From a virus, in IMG/VR virus record IMGVR_UViG_3300047494_000053, positions 1-56,481 of that record: DNA of 56,481 nt. One strand, given 5' to 3'. Position 1 is the first letter of the stretch. Every line of letters begins with the position of its first letter. Of the stretch, positions 52,345 through 56,481 are shown in pieces. The notes beneath the pieces were generated by a model. The model was not told the DNA's origin. It saw only the letters and a list, made by a program, of their open reading frames with translations, and searched no databases. The position numbers and the translations under genes were made by a program.

Positions 52345-52548
52345 ATGCACGATTTTTCCCTTGCCACCATCAAGCGCCTTGCGAAAAAGGGCATCCATGT
52401 TCGCGGCACCGTCGCGGTCCCGAATTACGCCTCGGATATGCCCTGGGCGTGCGCCGATCGCGGCTACTCGGTTGACGACAATGGCTGCGGCAAAGTCTGG
52501 ACGTTCGGCCAGGTGCTCGAGGCCGCCGGCCTGGAGCCAGTGGCATGA
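52345..52548 (+). CDS. Hypothetical protein, 67 aa
   Basis: ORF 52297..52548 trimmed to ATG 52345 (GGAGG RBS). GC3 is about 80%, versus 66% for the overlapping long ORF. Confidence 0.5.
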   Translation: MHDFSLATIKRLAKKGIHVRGTVAVPNYASDMPWACADRGYSVDDNGCGKVWTFGQVLEAAGLEPVA

Positions 52549-52796
52549 GCCGGCGCCAACCGGAAACCTACCTGCGCAACCTTTTCGAGGTCTGGGACAC
52601 CAGCGCGCGTCGCATGATCATGGTGACGTGCGCGCCAGACCTGGAACTGGCGCGCGCTCGCAGCCTCAACACGAGCAAGCTTTATCCGCAGGCAGCGTGC
52701 CGGCCGGAGAATATGCTGGTGACCGCTGCAACCGCCGAGAATGTCAGCCGCGATATCGCCGGCTCGGCCGACCGCTTTGGGGTGTGCGTACTATGA
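52545..52796 (+). CDS. Hypothetical protein, 83 aa
   Basis: ORF track. ATGA overlaps. Confidence 0.5.
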   Translation: MSRRQPETYLRNLFEVWDTSARRMIMVTCAPDLELARARSLNTSKLYPQAACRPENMLVTAATAENVSRDIAGSADRFGVCVL

Positions 52797-52981
52797 GCCG
52801 CCGCCCCGAAAAACTGGCAATCGACCGCGAGAAATTGGTGCACGATCTTTCCGCGGCCTTGATGGGCTTGCTGGCGTGCTCCGAGCTGAATTCGGATGAC
52901 CTTGAAGACGGCACGCTGGAGGCGATCAAGAACGCCTCCTATGCGCTTCACTTGCTCGGCCCTGGGAACCTGCCGAAATGA
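52793..52981 (+). CDS. Hypothetical protein, 62 aa
   Basis: Last 62 codons of ORF 52013..52981. ATG 52793 is in an ATGA overlap. Confidence 0.45.
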   Translation: MSRRPEKLAIDREKLVHDLSAALMGLLACSELNSDDLEDGTLEAIKNASYALHLLGPGNLPK

Positions 52982-53235
52982 CGCGCCAGGCCGTCCTTTT
53001 CCCGGCGCCTCGGTACGAGGCTTTTTACGCCCGCCGCAATGAACTCCGGAGCCAGCGCCGGCACCATACGGAGGCCGACTTGCCCGGCGAATTTAACCGC
53101 CTGACCGTGCATATTCGGCAGTCTTTGGCCGGGTGCGGGGAGAGCCATGCGGAAGGCGTGGCGCGCAGCTTCGGTGCCGAATATGGCTGGGACCCGGCCG
53201 ATCTTATGCGCGGCGCGCTTCGGGGCTTGCCGTGA
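52978..53235 (+). CDS. Hypothetical protein, 85 aa
   Basis: ORF track. ATGA overlap. Confidence 0.5.
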   Translation: MTRQAVLFPAPRYEAFYARRNELRSQRRHHTEADLPGEFNRLTVHIRQSLAGCGESHAEGVARSFGAEYGWDPADLMRGALRGLP

Positions 53236-53531
53236 GCAGCCGCTTCAGCACCGCGGGCCGCCAGAAGCCGCCGGCGCCCCGCATGGCGCCGGCCACGCGC
53301 GATCGTCTCCATTGGGTGCGGCGCGAGGAGACGGGCGAGCTGCTCGTCTGGAACTGGACCGCTGCAAGCGGGATCTGGCACGCCACGCCTTACACCGTCT
53401 TTTTCACGGCCGAGCAGGCCTTCGCCGCCGGCTACCGCTACCACGCCGTTGCCACGCCGCCGAGGGTGAAGGCCGGGGGCTCTGCCCCTGGGCCCCAAGG
53501 CGTGCTTCCGATCCCCTTCACGCTCGCATAA
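53232..53531 (+). CDS. Hypothetical protein, 99 aa
   Basis: GTG in a GTGA overlap (alternative ATG 53283). Lies within ORF 53133..53531. Confidence 0.45.
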   Translation: MSSRFSTAGRQKPPAPRMAPATRDRLHWVRREETGELLVWNWTAASGIWHATPYTVFFTAEQAFAAGYRYHAVATPPRVKAGGSAPGPQGVLPIPFTLA

Positions 53532-53541
53532 GGACGCCGCC

Positions 53542-54039
53542 ATGCCCCTCGCCGACCAAGCCTTCGCCACCGCCGCGGAAACGCCGGAGCTGCTCCAGCG
53601 GCCAGGCGCGTTCCGCATAAGCCGCGCGCTCCTGGAGACGGACCCCGAGGCGTTCCTAACCGCGATCGCCGGCGTCGCCATCGTGCGGTGCGAGTTTCTG
53701 CACGTTTACGATTGCATCGAATACGTCGGCTATTGCGCGGATTTCGAGCGGCAGGATTTCGGCAACGTCGCGCCGCGCTATGAATGCCTGCTCACGCTGC
53801 ATATCGATCCAGAGACCGGCGCTCGATCGGTGACGCGGGCGTGGAAGCGCGAGGGCGATCCGCTGCACAAATACGCGCCGGCGGATGGCTTTGCCGTGGT
53901 GCCTGTGGCGGCCGTGAAATTCCTGCTCGAAAGCTGCGCGCTCTGGGATGCCGGGCCGCCTGGCCAAGGCTGGCAATCGCCCGAAATGGAGAAGGCCGTC
54001 CAGGCGCTGGAGGCGGCGGTGGGGAAGCCCGTTGGCTGA
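53542..54039 (+). CDS. Hypothetical protein, 165 aa
   Basis: ORF track. Last gene of the rightward arm. Confidence 0.55.
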   Translation: MPLADQAFATAAETPELLQRPGAFRISRALLETDPEAFLTAIAGVAIVRCEFLHVYDCIEYVGYCADFERQDFGNVAPRYECLLTLHIDPETGARSVTRAWKREGDPLHKYAPADGFAVVPVAAVKFLLESCALWDAGPPGQGWQSPEMEKAVQALEAAVGKPVG

Positions 54040-54040
54040 A

Positions 54041-54075
54041 CGCAAAAAGGCCGCCGCCCTTTCGGAGCGGCGGCC
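54041..54075 (-). terminator. Rho-independent terminator at the convergence point of the two arms
   Basis: GGCCGCCGC (54049-54057) pairs with GCGGCGGCC (54067-54075) around a 9-nt loop. On the minus strand the stem is followed by CTTTTTGCG. Confidence 0.75.
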
Positions 54076-54148
54076 TCGCGTGGGCGGCAGCGAAGTGCAG
54101 ATTGGGGGTCTAATCCATCCTCTCCGCTACGGCCGACCTCATGGCGGC

Positions 54149-55048
54149 CTAAAGCAGCCCGGCCCATACCTCATCGGTCATCTGGCGCTGGTGCGCTTCG
54201 ATCCAGGCCGGCGCGTAGGCCGCGGCGTCGTTCAGTAGCGCCGTCCAATCCGCGGCCGTGCTGCCGCTGTCATCGAGCTGCAGGAACATGCTGCCGAGCT
54301 GGCCCATGGCGCGGGTGTAGATCATGTCGGCCGCCGGCAGCGTGGGCCGGAAATTGGTGTTGCCAGCGGCGAAGGGCGATACGCTCGTCACGGCGGCGGC
54401 GCAGACCTGGTTGAGCGCCCGCGCCATCGCACCGTGATCCCGCCTGGCCAGGATCGCCCCGCCGGCGCCGATACGCCAGTCCAGCGGGTCGAGCACTGAC
54501 AGGGAGACATATTTGCCCGGGAAGGCCTTGGCGCGGGCGCCGGCGGCGGCTGTCATGGCGGCGGTGTAGGCCACCGGCGTCAACCCGGCGTCCGCCCAAT
54601 CAAGCCAATAATTGCCGCTGCCGCTCGCTGGCGCCGAGTGCACACCAAGCTCGGCATCTCCATCGCCGCCGGTGGTGAAGCAGCACCGCAGGCCGTGGGT
54701 AAGTCCCATGAGGTTGTTTTTTGCGACGAAGGCCGCCAGCAGGTTCGTGACGTCCGCATCATCCTGGATGCAGTCCGGCTGCCAGAACAGCGGGCGAGCC
54801 TCCCCGTCGAGCGTGATGGAAGGCTGGCCGGCCAGCATGGGCAGCGGCGAGCTGGCCAGGTGCACCTTTTTGTTGAACTCGGCCGCCAGCGCGTACATGG
54901 CCGCGAGGGTCGAAAGGTTGCCGGAGACGATATCAACCGCCGTGACGTGCACGAGCAGGCCGGCGCAGCCTGGCGCACCGAGGCTGGCTTTCAGGCTGGC
55001 GGTGTCCTCCTGGTGCTCTGACATTACGAAAATCGGTGGCATGGTCAT
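54149..55048 (-). CDS. Hypothetical protein, 299 aa (last gene of the lysis-region operon)
   Basis: ORF 54149..55558 trimmed to ATG 55048 (AAGGAAT RBS). The upstream part of that ORF overlaps the endolysin gene. Confidence 0.6.
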   Translation of the reverse strand: MTMPPIFVMSEHQEDTASLKASLGAPGCAGLLVHVTAVDIVSGNLSTLAAMYALAAEFNKKVHLASSPLPMLAGQPSITLDGEARPLFWQPDCIQDDADVTNLLAAFVAKNNLMGLTHGLRCCFTTGGDGDAELGVHSAPASGSGNYWLDWADAGLTPVAYTAAMTAAAGARAKAFPGKYVSLSVLDPLDWRIGAGGAILARRDHGAMARALNQVCAAAVTSVSPFAAGNTNFRPTLPAADMIYTRAMGQLGSMFLQLDDSGSTAADWTALLNDAAAYAPAWIEAHQRQMTDEVWAGLL

Positions 55049-55059
55049 ATCTGATTCCT

Positions 55060-55578
55060 TCAAGCGGCCAGCGCGGCGAGCGCCACGGCAAGGGCCGCAT
55101 CGTTGCGGGTGAACCAGCCGCCTTCGTGCTCGGCGCCGGAAATCGAGGCGTAAAAATCGCGGTGCGCGGCGTGCAGCGCGGTGCAGAGCGCGGCCGGGTC
55201 GAAGCCCTGCGCGGCGTCTATGGTGAACTGCCCGACCTGGCTGTCGATTTTGACGTGCAAAATGCCCTGCAGAATGTCTACGGAACGCCAGGGCGCCGAC
55301 GTCATGGCGAAATCGAACACAAGCAGGTTTGCCGGCGATGGAAGGCCCGAGCCGGCCGGCATCCAGATTTCCGAATAGAGGCACGCGCTGATATCGCCTT
55401 TCGACGCGGTGGCGAGCGTTGCGCTCCGGCCGGTGTCCTTCGCGAATTTCGCCCAAACCGGCTCGGTGCAGCCCCAAGACGTCGGGCCGCCGCGATCGCC
55501 CGGCGTGACGTGATAGCCCTGGCCGTCGCGCCCGGGCTGCCACGCAAACGCCAGGCACTCCTTGAAGCCAAGCGGCAT
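55060..55578 (-). CDS. Endolysin, GH108-like N-terminus plus PG_binding_3-like C-terminus, 172 aa
   Basis: GYHVTPGDRGGPTSWGCT resembles GH108 EGGY..D.GG.T..GIT, but the canonical Glu context is altered. The C-terminal LQGILHVKIDSQVGQFTIDAA...HRDFY...GGWFTRN fits PG_binding_3. Confidence 0.65.
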   Translation of the reverse strand: MPLGFKECLAFAWQPGRDGQGYHVTPGDRGGPTSWGCTEPVWAKFAKDTGRSATLATASKGDISACLYSEIWMPAGSGLPSPANLLVFDFAMTSAPWRSVDILQGILHVKIDSQVGQFTIDAAQGFDPAALCTALHAAHRDFYASISGAEHEGGWFTRNDAALAVALAALAA

Positions 55579-56009
55579 CAGAAAAGAGCTGCCAGCGGAG
55601 CCACCGAGGCCGCGATCTGCGCGGCGCTTGTCAGTATCGTCAGGCCCTGCGTGATGTCTTGCTGCGTCTGGCTCGGGTTCGGGATCGATTTGCCGATGCC
55701 AGGCACCGTCGAGAGATAATTCAGATCCTGGAGCACGGCCGTAATCGTCGTGGGCGGGCTCGTCGATGAGAGGCCGGCGACAAGCGGGCCGTCCTGCGCT
55801 TCGATTTTCGCGATTTGCGCCTTTGTGGCGGAGGAGGCTAGCGTCGTGGCGCTGTAGGCATTCGCCGCGGTGGTGAGCTGGCCGTAATTCGTCTGGATCA
55901 TGCCGACGATGGATGAATAATTAGGGGCAGCGGCCGGCGCGGTGCCGGCGCTCCCAGTGCAGCCGGCAAGCAAGAGAGCGGCGCAGGCGAGCAACGCGAA
56001 TTTACGCAT
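55578..56009 (-). CDS. Lipoprotein with hydrophobic C-terminus (unimolecular spanin candidate), 143 aa
   Basis: MRKFALLACAALLLAGC is a signal peptide plus lipobox. The C-terminal LTILTSAAQIAASVAPLAALF is a possible TM segment. Lies between the holin-like and endolysin genes. Confidence 0.7.
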   Translation of the reverse strand: MRKFALLACAALLLAGCTGSAGTAPAAAPNYSSIVGMIQTNYGQLTTAANAYSATTLASSATKAQIAKIEAQDGPLVAGLSSTSPPTTITAVLQDLNYLSTVPGIGKSIPNPSQTQQDITQGLTILTSAAQIAASVAPLAALF

Positions 56010-56337
56010 GGGTTTTCTCCTCGGTGGGCGGTTTCATGAAAGGCGGGCTCGGCACAATGCCACCCGCCAATTCGAGCGAAGGCGGGACGGGCGCATTGTT
56101 ACGGTAGTTTCCCGTGTTCCGCGCAAGCACTCCATAAAAGCCCCTATACCAGCGGTCGGAGTTTGCGTCCGCGACGGGCAGGAAAGCCATAAAATCGCCG
56201 GCGAACGCCTTCACGAAGACGTAGAGGCCGACGGTCGAAGCAAGTATTTGCGACCAATGCGCGCTGATGCCGATGGCCAGGAAAATGGCGTGCGCCCAGC
56301 TCGCGGCGCTGACCGGGTCGGATGGAACAGGCTGCAT
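56002..56337 (-). CDS. Holin-like membrane protein, 111 aa
   Basis: Two or three hydrophobic segments (WAHAIFLAIGISAHW, ILASTVGLYVFVKAFAG, FMAFLPV). GGAGG RBS. First gene of the lysis cassette. Confidence 0.55.
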   Translation of the reverse strand: MQPVPSDPVSAASWAHAIFLAIGISAHWSQILASTVGLYVFVKAFAGDFMAFLPVADANSDRWYRGFYGVLARNTGNYRNNAPVPPSLELAGGIVPSPPFMKPPTEEKTHA

Positions 56338-56350
56338 ACTGCCTCCAACG

Positions 56351-56382
56351 AAAAACGCCGGCGCCCATCACAGGTGCCGGCG
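56351..56382 (-). terminator. GC-rich hairpin terminator between the tail-end genes and the lysis cassette (second copy at 2-28)
   Basis: Minus-strand RNA reads CGCCGGCACC-UGUGAUG-GGCGCCGGCG (10 bp with one mismatch) followed by UUUUUCG, then the GGAGG RBS of the holin-like gene. Confidence 0.6.
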
Positions 56383-56481
56383 ATGTTCTTTTTTGAAAAA
56401 AAGAAGCAAAAAACTTTTGCTTTAGTGCCCGTCAACGGCGAGAGGAACGGGCGGCGCGGGGTCTGGCACTTTGAAGGCTAC
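56355..56481. repeat. Terminal direct repeat, right copy
   Basis: Identical to 1-127. Confidence 0.95.

Larger units (their letters stand above)
1..56354. mobile_element. Complete circular temperate tailed-phage genome unit (HK97-type head, long non-contractile tail, integrase plus attP)
   Basis: Exact 127-nt terminal overlap. Full set of terminase, portal, protease, capsid, tail, lysis, recombination, integrase and attP functions. No flanking host genes. Confidence 0.85.

Noticed and set aside
52013-52981. 322-aa ORF spanning four smaller ORFs.
   Set aside because: GC3 in 52345-52545 favours the 52345..52548 frame (about 80% versus 66%). The smaller ORFs are linked by ATGA overlaps. Only the last 62 codons (52793..52981) are kept as a gene.
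55049-55558. N-terminal 170 codons of ORF 54149..55558.
   Set aside because: Overlaps the endolysin gene in another frame and translates as Arg/Pro-rich sequence. A good RBS precedes the internal ATG at 55048.
1-56481. CRISPR arrays, rRNA genes, transposase/IS elements and complete tRNA genes.
   Set aside because: No regularly spaced direct repeats, no rRNA-like sequence, and no transposase motifs. The only repeats found are the terminal overlap, the operator palindromes, the intragenic peptide repeats and the 50.3-50.5 kb inverted arms.

Overview
This high-GC, 56,481-nt window is a complete, circularly closed temperate tailed-phage genome. Bases 1-127 recur exactly at 56355-56481, a 127-nt assembly-style overlap, so the unique unit is 56,354 bp. 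No rRNA, CRISPR array, IS element or complete tRNA gene was seen.

Two transcription arms diverge from a switch region at about 33.7-35.5 kb and converge on a hairpin terminator at 54049-54075.

Leftward arm (minus strand, 33711 down to 1, wrapping to 56337 and on to 54149):
- An early-left module of Cys-rich proteins, an HNH endonuclease and an NPPY N6-adenine methyltransferase.
- A strong intrinsic terminator at 30811-30852.
- RuvC-like and DUF1376-like genes, then two further HNH endonucleases.
- TerS and TerL, then HK97-type portal, protease and capsid genes.
- Connector genes, major tail protein, tail chaperone and tape measure.
- A GTA/lambda-like tail tip module: DUF2460-like, DUF2163/BR0599-like, NlpC/P60 and gpJ-like.
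- Two membrane proteins, tandem terminators, then a lysis cassette.

Rightward arm (plus strand, 34864 to 54039):
- An XRE regulator.
- A promoter with TGGGA-N4-TCCCA operators.
- About 45 mostly small ORFs chained by ATGA/TGATG overlaps.
- A C5-cytosine methyltransferase.
- An ERF annealase plus a YqaJ-type exonuclease.
- An SNF2 helicase fused to a beta-class methyltransferase.
- An excisionase and a tyrosine integrase.
- attP, equal to the last 45 nt of a tRNA-Lys(CUU)-like gene.
- An accessory island with a serine recombinase.

Items most worth a second look:
1. The C5 methyltransferase gene has canonical motifs split between two co-extensive reading frames in an A-B-A pattern, with a G6 tract at the first switch.
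2. A roughly 205-nt element near attP is closed by 30-nt inverted arms.
3. Intrinsic terminators directly abut the next start codon along the 36-kb leftward arm, which implies antitermination control.
4. A reverse-oriented Lar-like zinc-ribbon gene sits inside the tail operon.
5. The helicase-methyltransferase fusion carries an unusual SIPF motif.

All family assignments come from motif recognition by eye; no searches were run. GC3 figures are hand counts and approximate.
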